Source: Octopus sinensis | Lineage: Eukaryota | NCBI RefSeq assembly: GCF_006345805.1 | Contig: NC_043003.1 | Coordinates: 55,366,001 to 55,430,000 of the forward strand | Reading direction: 5' to 3' | Length of the DNA: 64,000 nt | In this document: positions 38,341-51,954 of the stretch, in pieces | How the letters are laid out: every line of letters starts with the position of its first letter | Position numbering within the stretch: the first letter of the stretch is position 1 | Made by a program: the position numbers and the translations under genes | The notes under the pieces: model-generated | The model's database searches: none | The model's input: only the letters and a program-made list of their open reading frames with translations | Told to the model about the DNA's origin: nothing

Positions 38341-39540
38341 GCCCTGAAAGGCCTCACACATTTTACTTGGCTCGAGCAATTCGCGCCCCTGTTCATCTAC
38401 CAGGGACCGAATGGTGGCTTTGTTGCCCTGTTGCGCCTCTGCCACCCGGGCCTCTCTCGCGGCTCCAACACCTTCGTTCCTTAGAGCACGCATCCTAGCT
38501 CTGACAGCACATCCTTCGTGTTTGGCGTTGAAGTGTTGGTCGAGGGCCAACCTCGCCGCCAAAACGTCGGATGCGATGCCGCTTCTAATTGCCTCTTCTA
38601 GCTTCTTAACTAGCTCACCCTCTACTCTATTTCTATCTATGGCTAGTGCTTTGCTGTACCTAATCGCTTCTGCTTTTACTGCTCTCTTGAGGGCAAACCA
38701 CCATTTGTTATTGATGATGGCTCCCGTCAAAGCCTTCTTTACTAGTGTGCTAATCCGGTCTCTGAAAACCTGTCTTGATGGGAAAGACGCGTTTAGTTTC
38801 CAGTATCCGGGACCCTGCCTAAGTGTCTTACCTAAGTCTAGCGTACATGTCACAAGTTTGTGATCCGTGTAGCTGACTATGTGGAATTGTGGACATCCTA
38901 TGCTATCTCTGTCTACTGTCCTACACAGTATCCTATCTAGATACGATCTCGACGACCCGATGCGGTTGCTCCATGTCCACGTTGGCGCATTCGGGTGGTC
39001 TAGTCGGAACCTGTCAGACAGTTGAAAGCGTCTGAGCAGGTCTCTGAGGCATTTGCATCCCCGTCTATTCCTATCTCTACCCACGTAGTCTACATGCGTG
39101 TCCAAGGTAGCATTCCAATCCCCCACTAAGAGTAAAGGACGAGACGTTCCCAAGAATACTTCTAGACGTTGAATGAAATCCGCCCGACCTGTTAAGGGCG
39201 GTGCGTAGACTGATACGAGTCGAAAAGCGCACCCATTGCTGCCGTCGACATCCAGGACGACCAGTCTACCCTCCGGGTCTACGAATATTGTCCTTACTTT
39301 GAGATCCAGACTCTTGTGAAAAAGTACCGCGGTGCCACTACCGCCCATTCTCGGCAGACAGGGGGAAAAATAAATGTTAAACTGTCCGCCAAACATGGTC
39401 TCTAGGGCCCGCGGATTGTGGAGTCTGGTCTCACTTATGGCTATGATTTCTAACTTATGTGACTTTATGTCATTTAAGAGGTACCCTTGTTTCCAAGGGG
39501 ACCCCAAGCCACGCGCATTTACACAACCAATCTTGATCAT
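38326..39540 (-). CDS. LINE ORF2 N-terminal part: APE-type endonuclease and linker
   Basis: Motifs NARGL, SET, VYAP, GDWN, SYLDRI, TDHK and GPGYWKLN are typical of L1/Tx1 endonucleases. Confidence 0.93.
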   Translation of the reverse strand: MIKIGCVNARGLGSPWKQGYLLNDIKSHKLEIIAISETRLHNPRALETMFGGQFNIYFSPCLPRMGGSGTAVLFHKSLDLKVRTIFVDPEGRLVVLDVDGSNGCAFRLVSVYAPPLTGRADFIQRLEVFLGTSRPLLLVGDWNATLDTHVDYVGRDRNRRGCKCLRDLLRRFQLSDRFRLDHPNAPTWTWSNRIGSSRSYLDRILCRTVDRDSIGCPQFHIVSYTDHKLVTCTLDLGKTLRQGPGYWKLNASFPSRQVFRDRISTLVKKALTGAIINNKWWFALKRAVKAEAIRYSKALAIDRNRVEGELVKKLEEAIRSGIASDVLAARLALDQHFNAKHEGCAVRARMRALRNEGVGAAREARVAEAQQGNKATIRSLVDEQGRELLEPSKMCEAFQGKNVG

Positions 39541-39584
39541 AGTCCTAATGAATTAGAATGCAAGTGAAAGGAACAGAGGGTTAC

Positions 39585-41539
39585 TTACTGCTCGAAAGTT
39601 TTTGCTTTCTCCTCCTTTGGTTTGTCCTCGAGGAGATCCCAGTACACTTTCTTTGTGAGATATTTTTGGCATTTACCAACCGCGCTGGGGAAAATGCCTT
39701 TGAGTGTGTGGTGCAGACTTTTGGAGATGTGTAATATTTTGATGTGGTCTGGTGGTGTTGTGTACGGGTGATTGTTTGTTTTTATGTCATCTTCTGTTAT
39801 GTTTGTTTTTGATTGGATGTATTCCACCAAATTTGTGTTTTTGGTGTCTATAGCTGTGAGCATGTTTGCTGTATATATTTTTGTGGTGTTGGTGTGGCTG
39901 TTGTTTGCGTTGGGTTTTGAAATGTCTTCGTGAGATGTATTTCCCCCTGCTTTGTTCGTGTTTGCATTTGGTTTGGTTGTGTTTCTGCTCTTTATTTTCC
40001 TTCTTTTTGTAGCTATTTGCCATTCCTCACTGGTTTCGTCTTCCGACGAAATTTCTGAGGAATCAGTAGGGGGTAGGGGTATGTTGTGGGCTTCTATGTA
40101 TGTCTGTGTAAGTGGTTGTGTTGTTGTTTTCGTTGTTGTTGGTTGTTGAGTGTTTGTGTGTGTTTTCTTTGTTTTTCTGTTCCTTTGGGTTTTGCTGTTG
40201 TTGGTAGTGTTGGTATTTTTTCAGGTGTTGAGTGGTTTTTGGTTGATGACGGATTAGCTTGGTGTGCTTCTCTTGTCGTCTTCTGTGTTGATGGTGGTGT
40301 GGGTAGTAGAGTTTTTGTTTCCGGAGTGCTTTGGTTGTGGTAGTGGTTGTTGTTGTTGCTCTTGGTGTGCAGTGGTTGGGCACGTCTTTTTCAAGTGTGT
40401 TTCGCTTCCACACAAATAGCAGCGTGGTCGCCTGCCCTCTACCACTATAGAGTTTGTAGCCTCCTGGCAGTTCTAAGCGGTGGGTATCTTCTCTCTTGCT
40501 GCTTCATCCAATTGAAGCAGGAATTCGATTGATTTGCCCACATAGTCTTTCTCTCTTAGAACCGCGATTTCAAGGATGTTTGTCTGTGACATTGTCTCTG
40601 TCATTTCAAAGCAGATGGCAGAGACCAACCATTGTGTTTCGACTTCAAGTGGTATGTTTTTTATTTGGACTTTCGTGACCCTTTTGTTTAAATAGACTGG
40701 TATTATTACCAAGTCGTCCGAATGCAGCTCCAATGTGGAAAAACGTTTTGCTAAACTTTCGTTGAGGAAACGTACTTGGACTGTACCAATTTGTTTCCCC
40801 AACTGATATATTCCTTGGAGTCCCATGCAGGACGAAGGCATTTTTCGATTTTTTCCTGCGGGCATTTTTTCTTCTTCTTTTTCTTGTTTATTACTTTATA
40901 AATTATTGTTTTTTTTTTTTGTGTGTTTTCCACGATGTGTTGTGGAATGTGAAGGTGCAATTTGTCTCCTTCTTTGGAGAAGAGTGCCTTTGTGCGGTTT
41001 ATCTCTTGTGTGGTGAATGTTACAATTGTTCTTTTTTGTTTTGTTACGTCCGCAAAATTCGTTTTGAATTTGGCAGTAGAAGTGTTAATTGTGGCAGGTG
41101 AAGTCATGGTAGTGGTGTTGGTGTTGGCGGTATTAGCAGCAGAAGGCTTAGGTGTAGCATTTGACGTCGTAGTAGTGGTGTTGGTGTTGGCGGTGTTGTC
41201 TTTGGTAGGCGGCTTTGTGCCAATTTCGTTGTTGTTGTTGTTGGTGGTGATGGTGGTGGTGCTGGCATTCATGTTTTCGTTTGTATTCATTTTTGAAATC
41301 CCTTTCTCCGTTCCTTTATCATCAACAAGTGGTGTGAGGAGTGAGGGGAAATCTAAGTTAATGTCTTTGGTCGCGGCGATAGTGAATGCGACGTTAGTTT
41401 TGTTGTTGTTGGTGGTGGTGGTGGTGATGGTGGTGACAGCGGTGTTCACGCTGCGATGTTTAGCAGCTAGTAGTAGCAATAGTGTTTTGCTACCGTTCTG
41501 CATGACTGGCGGGCTAGCCACGTTGTTTCTAGTTGCCAT
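39585..41539 (-). pseudogene. LINE ORF1 (nucleic-acid-binding protein), frameshifted
   Basis: Consecutive minus-strand ORF pieces run from MATRNN (ATG at 41539) to a stop at 39585. They include a Thr/Asn-rich N-terminus, an RRM-like segment (GTVQVRF...VQIKNIP) and the knuckle CYLCGSETHLKKTC. At least some breaks are near A-runs and may be sequencing errors. Confidence 0.85.
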
Positions 41540-41760
41540 TTTCAAAATGAAAGATAGGTAAAAAACCCACGAAAGTTTTGAAAGTTTTTTGTAATTTCGC
41601 CCATACAGTGGCGGAATTCTACGTGAATAATTCTCAGGTTTTTTAGTGAATGAACTTGCACAACGATTAAAAGAAAATATTTGACAACAAGGAGTTTTAA
41701 ACATGTAAAAGTGGCCAAATTACGCGGAGCCGATATGACTAGCGTCCGTCCATTGTGAGC

Positions 41761-41767
41761 GAGAGAG

Positions 41768-41809
<42 letters not shown>

Positions 41810-41947
41810 GTAGATAGACAGATAGATAGACGGATAGATAGATAGATAATTGGATAGATGGGTAGATAGATAGAAAGATGGCTAGATAATTGGATAAATA
41901 GATAGACAGACAGAGATAGACAAATAAATACATAGATAGACTGATAG

Positions 41948-41981
<34 letters not shown>

Positions 41982-42116
41982 AGGTAGATAGACAGATAGA
42001 TAGACGGATAGATAGATAGATAATTGGATAGATGGGTAGATAGATAGAAATATGGCTAGATAATTGGATAAATAGATAGACAGACAGAGATAGACAAATA
42101 AATACATAGATATACT

Positions 42117-42193
<77 letters not shown>
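41761..42193. repeat. Two further copies of the same ~180-bp unit plus (GATA)n, right of the LINE
   Basis: Same unit as 35415-35762. Confidence 0.9.
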
Positions 42194-42864
42194 TGCATTT
42201 TATGAGATACTAAATTTGAGTCTCCAAAAACTATACATGAACTTATCATTTCTCACAAATTTCCCCGCTATTATTCTTATTTCATCGCATCTCCTCACTA
42301 TTTAATCCTTCTTCCAGATCTCCAAACACATTGATTTCCCTCAAATATATAAATGCTCTGCTAAGCGCTTCTCACGTTACCTCAATGCCAGATATCTAGT
42401 CTCATTTCATTGCCAACCACACACATTGACACTACTCAACACCGTCCTTTTTTTCTCAAGGTCATTTCAGACATCCTTTCACAATGGACAGCATATCAAT
42501 TTAATCATTCATCTTTCATCGGCATAGCAAAGTAACGCTTAGGTAGTCAACTAGATTGGCGAACACATACACAAATACAATCTCACATCTTCAGCCTCGC
42601 TTTGCAGAACATGTCAATATTTTCAGCTGTTTCTGTTTCATCTCCGGGCGTTACAAATGAAACGTTCTACACATTGCACCTATCCACGTGTATTAGGAAT
42701 CGTCAGAGCATCCAACATAACGTTTACTGTTCTTTTCCTCTTCTCATATTCTCACATTTAAAATGAAACTTCTGTATACAAAGAAATCTTCACCTTAGAA
42801 AACCACTATTTGAACGCATAAGTTTTAACGATAAATCGAGATTAATCAGCCATAGTTCATGTTG

Positions 42865-43076
42865 GTTTCAAAGTTTGGCACAAAGCCAGGTTTTCGGATG
42901 TGAAAGCTAGTCGCCTACCTCGATGACTGTGCTCAGCTTGTACTTATTTCATTGAAACTGAAAGGATAAAAGGCAAAGTTGACCTTGGCGGAATTTGAAC
43001 TCAGAAGGAAATAGATGGACGAAATGCCGCTAAGCATTTTACCCAGCGAGCTAACGATTCTGCCAGCTCGCCACCT
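42865..43076 (-). mobile_element. SINE family B
   Basis: ggcggaatttgaactcag...ttctgccagctcgccacct. Confidence 0.8.
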
Positions 43077-43726
43077 GAGCCATCGTTAATATTCAATGTT
43101 ATTAGAATATATGAACAGCATCTGAGTCATTATTGGAAAAACCGCTACTAAATGTACCGGTTTGTTCCATTTAAACTATCCTCTTAAACAAGCAATTGCA
43201 CAAACTCGCACATGCGGTGTGTGTGTGTGTGGTGTGTGTGTGTGTGTGTGTGTGTGTTTTCGTGTGTGTGTGACTGCGTGTGTATATTTGTATGCGTGCT
43301 TCCGTGCGTAACTGTTGTCTTCATGATAAGACCGTCTTGTACATTGTTCTTTTCTCATAATGAAGACTTGATTTCGAAATTATATTTCCTGACGAGTTTT
43401 CGATGTTAGTTGGGAATAGTATAGTACTCAAGACAAATAAGGTATTTAAAGCTTCTACGTGATATATCCTAATTGAAACTACCACTGGGGTTGTGTATAC
43501 CTGCATTTCTTTAGCCGATAAAAATAATGACAATGATTTTTTTGCTAGAGTGGTATTATCATCGGAGGGAAATTTTTGAATTTTCTCACATTTCTAACAG
43601 AAAGCATTAGGTAGAAAACTTTTGAGCTTACATCCCATTTTGATTCCTTCAGGAAAAAAAGATGAGAAGCAAGCACCTCACTGTGAACGGACAATGCTAG
43701 TATACGCCACATACTTATTCAAAATA

Positions 43727-44769
43727 TTAGGTTGGCAAGAAAGTTCTTTAAATTCAGATGTACATATCTTGCCTCAAACAAAACTTTATTAATCGAAATA
43801 AACACCATCAGAATGAACACAGTTTTACCAACGCGAAACAAGTTTACTTATGCCAGTAGATTAAAGATCCTGCGTTCTGGTGGCGATGCAGTCATTGAAG
43901 GGTTGTATGGCATTGTCTTGGTTTTTGAAGCATTTCTCACGCAGGATGTTGTCGAGATGCTTGAAAAAGTGCTAGATGATAGGGGAAAGATCTGGCGAGT
44001 GTGGCGGTTGAGGCAGAGTTTTGAAGCGCAATTCGTTCAACTTCTGCAGGGTCAGTTGTGTGACGTGCAGCCGAGCGTTGCCTTGGAGAAAAATGATCCT
44101 CTTCTATTGACCAGTGCTGACAGTACTTCGCCGCCGTAATGGTTTCGCCCGGATCCAAAAAGCTGTGATGGATGAGACCTGCCGCAGACCACCAAACAGT
44201 CACCATGGCATTCTTTTGCTGCAACTTTGGCGTTGGGAAGTGCCGTGGAGCTTCGTCGACGTCCAACCACTGAGCTGAGTGTCGTTGGTTGTCGTAAAGA
44301 ATCCACTTTTCATAGCAAGTCACAATCGGGTCGAGAAACGGGTCGTTCTTGTTGCATAAAAGAAGGGAGGCGACAATTCAAAAGTGTTTTTTTGATCAAC
44401 ATCCGATGATCGACCACTACGCTTATCATCTTCAAAACACGTCACTGCTACGAAATTGCTTGCACCACCATTGTGGTTCCTGGGCCAAATGCATTGTTGA
44501 TATCACGAGCTGTTTCAGCAGCTTTTCGACATAGCATGAACTGGAATACGAAAATTGTGCGAATTTGCTTTTTGTCCATGCTGTATTCAACGTTTCGGAA
44601 AAAAATGGCCTAATTATTCAAAAAGAAAAGGAGTAACACGATTAGATAGAGCGAAAAACGGGCTTTAAAATGATATATAAAATCAAAGTCATTTAACGAA
44701 AATTAATTTGCAAATACATCATTTAAAACTAAAATTTAAAATTCCACAAGAACTTTCTTGACAACCTAA
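43727..44769 (-). mobile_element. Mariner DNA transposon, internally deleted
   Basis: TIRs ttaggttg(g/t)caagaaagttctt at both ends, with TA on the left. Transposase remnants TCYEKWILYDN, VTVWWSAAG.IH..FL.PGETIT...YC and HPPHSPDLSP. Confidence 0.9.
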
Positions 44770-45449
44770 ACATTTTGAATTACAACTTCATTGCAATTTT
44801 TAATCAGTTGTTGCTTACATTTATACTGTCTACAATGTGAAGTTCCACAAAGTATTGCCTTGATGCACCAATGGGGTCAATGTACAAGCTTCGTAAACAA
44901 TGTATAGTAGTGACTCTCTCTCTCTCTTTCTCCTCCTCTCTCTCATTCCTTCTCTAATACTGTAGTACTGAACGAAAACGGTCTACGATAAGAAAGGTAA
45001 TCCCTGCAGACGTGTAGTATTATGACAACAGACACGCACACACAAACATACACACACACACACACACACACAAACACGCACACACACACGCACACGCACA
45101 TACACGCACAATCAGTCAAACGCGCATTCATTTATACACAGAAACTTTCGATTGACGTTAAAAGTCACAAACAATGTAGCAATAATATAAGTGAATAAAA
45201 AAAAAAACTCTACCTCTTTCTAAATATGCAACCAACAAAATGGAAGAGAAATGTACGAAGGGTTCAGAAATACGTTAATGTACCAAACAAACGCTAACTA
45301 ATTCAAACGGAAGTATGCAGATAAAATGAGATAACAGTGTTGTTTTCAATAGGATATGATTAAAAGATACGCTGTTCCGTAATCACGCACAAACACACTG
45401 ACGTATATTATATGGATGATAGTTTATGCGGGGTTACTATGCACAATAC

Positions 45450-45528
<79 letters not shown>

Positions 45529-45724
45529 TGTGTATGTGTGTGTTGCGGGCGTGTGTGTACTCCTACTTAACGCATGTCAGCGATTCGGTTTAATAACGCT
45601 CTTCAACATCAAACAGGACCTGTCAGCTTGAATTAATCTCTGCTCTTTTGTAAGACTCGGCTAGAAATTATAAAATGAATCCTTACTGAATACTAGATAT
45701 GCGCTAATAATAAATGTATGTATG

Positions 45725-45840
<116 letters not shown>

Positions 45841-46118
45841 TATCCATGGGCGTTGAATTATATATTTGGGTGTTTATAAAAAACTATTCATTTTTGAATA
45901 TACATGAAGTCTTTACATATATGTTCTACGTAAACATATACACAACACACACTCAGACAATTATATGTATATAAAAATACATGTATATATATAGATAGAT
46001 AGATACATACATGCATACATTTATACATACACACAAATTAATAGGTATATGCATGTGAGTGTATGATTATGTAAATCTTTGTTATTTTGTTAGTGTGCAC
46101 AGTGTGTCCGCGCCCGGT

Positions 46119-46149
<31 letters not shown>

Positions 46150-46324
46150 GGTGTGTGTGTGTGTGTGTGTGTGTATAAACATATCATTTTCTCCCTGAGA
46201 GAACACAGTATTTAAACTCATCAATAAATTATATCGCCATGGCAACTTTTAATATTATTCCATTCCTTCCCTAACATCTTCCGCCGTTTGTCGAATATGA
46301 CACAAACTTACCAATTTTGAGAAT

Positions 46325-46459
46325 GGTGCTGCTGCTGCTGCTGATGATGATGATGATGTCGTGTTTGGTGAAGTGTGTGTAGATGGTGGGCGTCTCCGCG
46401 TTGGTGGAACTGTTAGTTGTAGCATCGTCTTGATTGTGCAGACCATGATGATGATGATG

Positions 46460-46510
<51 letters not shown>

Positions 46511-46547
46511 CATCATAACCATCATTGTCGTCGTCGTCGTTATCTTC

Positions 46548-46582
<35 letters not shown>

Positions 46583-46614
46583 TATTATTATTATTATTAT
46601 TACTATTATTATCA

Positions 46615-46658
<44 letters not shown>

Positions 46659-46659
46659 C

Positions 46660-46702
<43 letters not shown>

Positions 46703-46990
46703 GTGCAGCTGGTGTTCTTGGTGATGATGATGATGCTAATTATATTAGTTTGTATGTCGATAAATATGGCATTGCCGTTCTGTTGATTATGAAGACGATG
46801 ATGGTAATGATGATGATGATGACGATGATAATGATGCTGGTGATGATTATGATAATGATGACAACGACGACGACGACGTTGGTGGTGTTGTTGCTGTTGG
46901 TGGTGGTCATCGTCCTGGTGATGGTGGTGATACTGATGTGGTTGGTGGTGGTGAAGAAGAGGACGACGATGATAATGACCACAATATTGA
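46325..46990. repeat. Compound trinucleotide repeat tract (GCT, GAT, AAT, TCG, TTA, GGT)
   Basis: Direct inspection. Confidence 0.9.
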
Positions 46991-47574
46991 CGTTATAGTT
47001 GTGATAATTGCGACGAAGTTTTCACAACATCAGTATTTATTTATTCATCAGACTATTGTCAGCGATCTTCTCTTCGTGGTAGGGGTGGTGGTATTGATGA
47101 TGTGGTTATATATTTATGTATGTGTCGTGACGCTGGTAGCGGTCAGTGAGGAAATGTTGTCGTCACACTTCTAATTGTGGCATTGCTATCTCTGCAGTAA
47201 AAAGTTAGGGATGGTGTTGGTGTGGCGGGGTTTATACTCACATTGACGTGGTCTTCGTAATTTCACTCATATTCATTTATTAGGAATCTAGCTCCAGATA
47301 TTCTTGTATTCTCAAATAGTATCTACTATGTGTCCTTCTACTGCGGAAATATTGTCCCCTTTCTTTTACTCAAATTTCTTTCTTCAATGCCACCTTTAAC
47401 AAAATAATATTCAGTAAATTAATGCACATTTAAGCCAGAACGTTGCCAGACTCTAATAAGTCCATCTTTTTTGCAAGCGTAGAAATACTCAAATCCTATG
47501 GTTCCTTTTAATCATACGCTTGTTTTTTGCTTATAATTTATACGCATAAAATTCGTTTCCGTTTATTTGGAGGA

Positions 47575-47892
47575 GGAGACCCCCTTCGGTTATGAATGAC
47601 CATGGGATTGCACTAAGAAAGTTACCCTCCGAGGTACAAATTTGGGCAAGATTGTTTATGGAAGGCCAGCAGTCACCCATGCATACCAGCCTCCCCCCTC
47701 CACTCCACAGATGTTATCCAAGGGAAAGGCAGAGGCCGATACAGCTTGGCACTAGTGATGTCGCAACTCATTTCTACAGCTGAGTACACTGGAGCAACGT
47801 GAAATAAAGTGCCTTGTTCAAGAACACAACGCACAGCCCGATCCGGGAATCGAACTCATAACCTCACGATCGTAAGCTCTACGCTCTAACCT
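47575..47892 (-). mobile_element. SINE group C with a third body/tail type
   Basis: Same head and core (gagttcgattcccgg, cacgttgctccagt) with a different 3' half. Confidence 0.75.
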
Positions 47893-49622
47893 TGCGTTTA
47901 TTTACTTTGTAACATATTGATGTATTGTAATATTGCTGATATCGTAAGTGTTAATGTTTTGATTTGGGTTTTGACCGTAGCTCACGAGAATAGTATCATG
48001 GCAAGAATCGAAATCGAAGACAAAGCTATTAAAAAAAGGAGAGAAGTATTTATCGTACTAAATCACCACTTTTAGCCTTATTACTCAGAGAACGCAATAC
48101 CTCCATCTTTGAGAATCAATAATATAGACCCCTTATGCCCATTTGCGCAGACACTACTCCTGATTCTGTGTCATATAAGCGTCTGTGAACAGAAAGCGTC
48201 CCCTTGATCGGGATGTCGAAATATTTGGCTTTAACTTCCACTTGGGAGTTATTTTCATCTGAGTTGACTGAAGCAACGTAAATCGAAATATCGTAGTGGA
48301 AGACACAGTGCGTTATACTCACGTGGCGGATGGGAGTCACTAACCCATGTTCTTGCAGTTGTGTCCTCAACACATTAACCACTAAAAGGTATGGCTGCAT
48401 ATTGTACACTAGTGCTACGATTGGATAGCTTCCTTCATGTGAGGTATCAAAGGATGATTCCGCTTTCTATTCCCTTCTCTCTTCCTCTCCCTATTTCTTC
48501 CTCTGTCTCTCTCTTTCTCTCCCTCTATTTCTCCCCCACCCGCTCTCTATATCTCGCTCTGTACGATAAAGAAAATAAGGAAAGCAAGTTAACATCGCAG
48601 CTATACCAATCTTTTGACCACCAAATTCTGTGTTCTCCGAGAAAGAAAGGGTAGCAGACCCATGCTTTAAAAGTCCTGATGTAGAAGTTCTTGTGGCAAT
48701 ACTATCGCAGTATAGTTTTGGGGTTGCCATGATTTAGTTCCAGCTCGTACCTTCTTCTATCAATCCTATAATTAGTAGCTAGCTAGACGTGACGATCCAG
48801 ACGTACTTTAGTATCCTCTAAAGTACGTCATTCAGTTAAGTTAGTGATAAGTATTGACGTGTGTCGATTGATCCTACAATTGTTTTCTTTTAACTATTCA
48901 GAGGGTGGTGAATAATATATTTAGGTCATTCAATGTGTCCTTCCTTCCGTTAAATATCTTAATACGTAATTTGAGGAAAGCAACGTCCACGTATTGCATG
49001 GTTTCTTCCTTGTAATGTGTGATTACCTACTTAATTGTGGAGAAGATGGTTCACCAGTAGTTCAAAATTAGTGCGGAATGCTCATCCACTTACAAGCTAA
49101 CTCAATGATTATAAACAACACAGTCGTCGAATACTTTCGAAGATCCGTTCATTGTCGGTGTTTCGACTGAAAGTATTGTTTGTGAACCTTTGTTTAAAAA
49201 TTGCTTTGTCTAATCAAAACAACACATTACTTTTATGACAATTGTGATATTGCTAAGCTGGTTGTATCAGTCATTATGCTATTGTATTTGTAGTATTTAG
49301 CTTGTAGCAGGTTGACAGTAAGATGTTGATGCTTACTGTGTGTACTAAGCAAAAATTCAACCGGTCTGTATCTATACGTCTTTTAGGAAAACCTCTGTGT
49401 TTTATCTGCAGCGCAAATGTGAGAACAGCCCGATAGTTTTTGTTTCGTTATTTCCAATAAAACATAATTCTCGATTCGCAATTTTTAGTACAGATAGAAC
49501 AAACCACCAAAAACGATCTTAAGAGAAATCCAATGGGTATCAAGCGCATCCATTGTTTTATTTGCATATCAGGTATATGCATTGACAGTGTGTCTTTCAA
49601 GTTAGGTTGTTGTTGTTTTTTT

Positions 49623-49790
49623 ACACAAGGCCAGTATTTTCGGGGGATGTGCAAGTCGATTAGATCGATCCCAGTGACTCACTGGTTCTTATTTTCTCGA
49701 TCCTGAAAGCATGAAAGGTAAAGTCGTCTTCGGTGGAATTTGAACTTAAAACGTAAAGACGGACGAAATGCCGCCAAGCTTTTTGCTTTA
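49623..49790 (-). mobile_element. SINE family B fragment
   Basis: agtcgattagatcgatcccag...ggaatttgaactt. Confidence 0.7.
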
Positions 49791-50488
49791 ATAATGCATT
49801 GACAAAATATTAGGAGGAATGTGATTGTACTTCTATCTTTATTGATTTCAGTGAATCAAAAGTACTTAGTAGTAACTGAAGTGTCATAGTTTCCTCTCTG
49901 TTTAGCTCAACTAGTTTAAGAGGTTTAACAAGATTTATGAGCTAACATGTAGGAACACAGATTTCGGGAAGGAACACAAGCATAACTGCCAGATTAAGGG
50001 ATTTGCTTTCTAGAAACCTATTGAAATTTCAGTTGAACAGTAAGGAATCGGAGCATACACTTCCTGACAGAGCATCGGTTGGTTGAGCCCTCCTTGTCCG
50101 GAAAACGCTATGGATATATATCGTATAATATTATTGTTCTATTTTGGAATGATTATTTTTCTTGCCAAATTAACACACGCACTATATATTCATTCTTCAC
50201 TTCATCCTTATTATTGTTCTTTTTTGTGTCCTTTGTTTTAAATCTTTCGTCGTTTTAAATCTTTCAGCGAAATTCCATTCCATATGTCTCCTCCTGTCTT
50301 GTATAGTCTATTCTGTCTGTATGTGGTGTGTACCCTTATCCGAGCATGCGTTTGTGCCACTAATTCTGTGTGTATACACGTCTGTAATTGTGTGCATATA
50401 TATCTATATCTATATATGTGTAAATATATATTTACATTTATACATATATGCACGCACTAACATACACACACATACATACATACATACA

Positions 50489-50522
<34 letters not shown>

Positions 50523-51267
50523 CATATATATATACATATCTGTAGAGGGACACTGTCACTCTCACGTGTGTATGTGTGTGTATGCGTCTGTGTTAGTGGT
50601 TAGTGTGGATAATTAGCATATCAACATAAAGAATATATTACATTGCGTTTGAGTCATACCCAAAGATGAAAATATTGGCTGACTTAGATTTTATTCCCTT
50701 ACATGTTTAGTAAATTATATTCCAGACAAAGAAACCGCTTCGATATGACCAACTAAAATTTAACGAATGCTTCAATTAACATGACTGCTCGTCAATAATT
50801 TATGGAATAAACAAATAATAAAAAAAAATCGTGGGATTTTGTTAGACACATCTGATATTACCAATCCATCTTACAGAATTTTATATTAAAATAAAATGCA
50901 GTCTCAATATGTGGAAGATAACAGGCAGTCAAATAGGTGACGCCAAAAAACAGTCATTGATTGAACTAGCAATCTACCAACAGCACAGAACAGTATGCAA
51001 TAAATTTAAACTGAACAAAACCGACATGTAGCTGCACAGCCCCAGAAATTATATTAAAACAAATAAGTGCTAAGATTTCATTTCCGGTATTGGGGTTTAC
51101 GATTAGTAATAATTTATGGATAAAGTATGTATTCCGGTTTGGAATTAGAGCTTATTATTTATTACTTAATAATGTAATTGAAAATAAAAAAAAGTTTCAT
51201 AGGACATTATAGTATTAGTTCGTTTGACAACTATATATAAATTAAGTGTACATATATATATATATAT

Positions 51268-51345
<78 letters not shown>

Positions 51346-51954
51346 GTATGTATGTATATGTATATAGATAGATTCATACATACATACAAATAGATATGTA
51401 TGCATGTATGTCTGTATATATGTATGCCAGAGAAGAGACGAAAGGAAACAGCTCTCAACAACTTTAGTGGGCGTTACATGTATTTTTAATAACAGTTCGA
51501 ATCAGCTCGACTTGACTATTCCTATCGTCTGATGAGTTGCACGCCCACAAAGCGTAAAGCCAAGCGGAACTGAGTGAAATTGTTATATTATATTGCATTG
51601 TATTGTATATTATTATGCGTCTGTATGAGTGTGCGTAGTCTAGTGGTTAGTGTGCTGAACGTTGTGTTCTTGCGTAAGGCATTTCATATCACGCTGCTCT
51701 GCGATCTCTTCGACATCTGAGGTGTGACTGAAGCACCAGTCCACAACCTTCATTTGGTCTACTAAAATAGAGAAATTTTTTTTTGAATGGCATGTACATT
51801 CATTAAAATGCTTTTTGAGATTGTCTCTACTTCTAAATCGGTGTTAATCACAACTCTCAGGCGGTACAAATGTAATTTCTTTGAAAATTAACGTACATAT
51901 ATTAAATCAAGAATTCGTGTCCTATGTTGTTTAATATATATTTTTTATTATATA

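Larger units (their letters stand above)
35763..41760 (-). mobile_element. Near full-length L1-clade (Tx1-like) non-LTR retrotransposon, ~6.0 kb
   Basis: Order is 5' UTR, ORF1 with a CCHC knuckle, ORF2 (APE endonuclease, RT, C-terminal CCHC), then a ~370 nt 3' UTR. The 3' end is AATAAAGAAAC running directly into (TATC)n, with no poly(A). Confidence 0.95.

Noticed and set aside
36230-41561. Plus-strand ORFs over the LINE, including the 199-aa hydrophobic ORF at 40962
   Set aside because: Antisense shadows of ORF1 and ORF2.
35415-42125. A ~350-bp target-site duplication around the LINE
   Set aside because: Diagnostic variants group left with left and right with right; a pre-existing tandem array fits better.
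46361-46998. Poly-I/Y/L/M 'membrane proteins'
   Set aside because: Trinucleotide repeats with no coding evidence.
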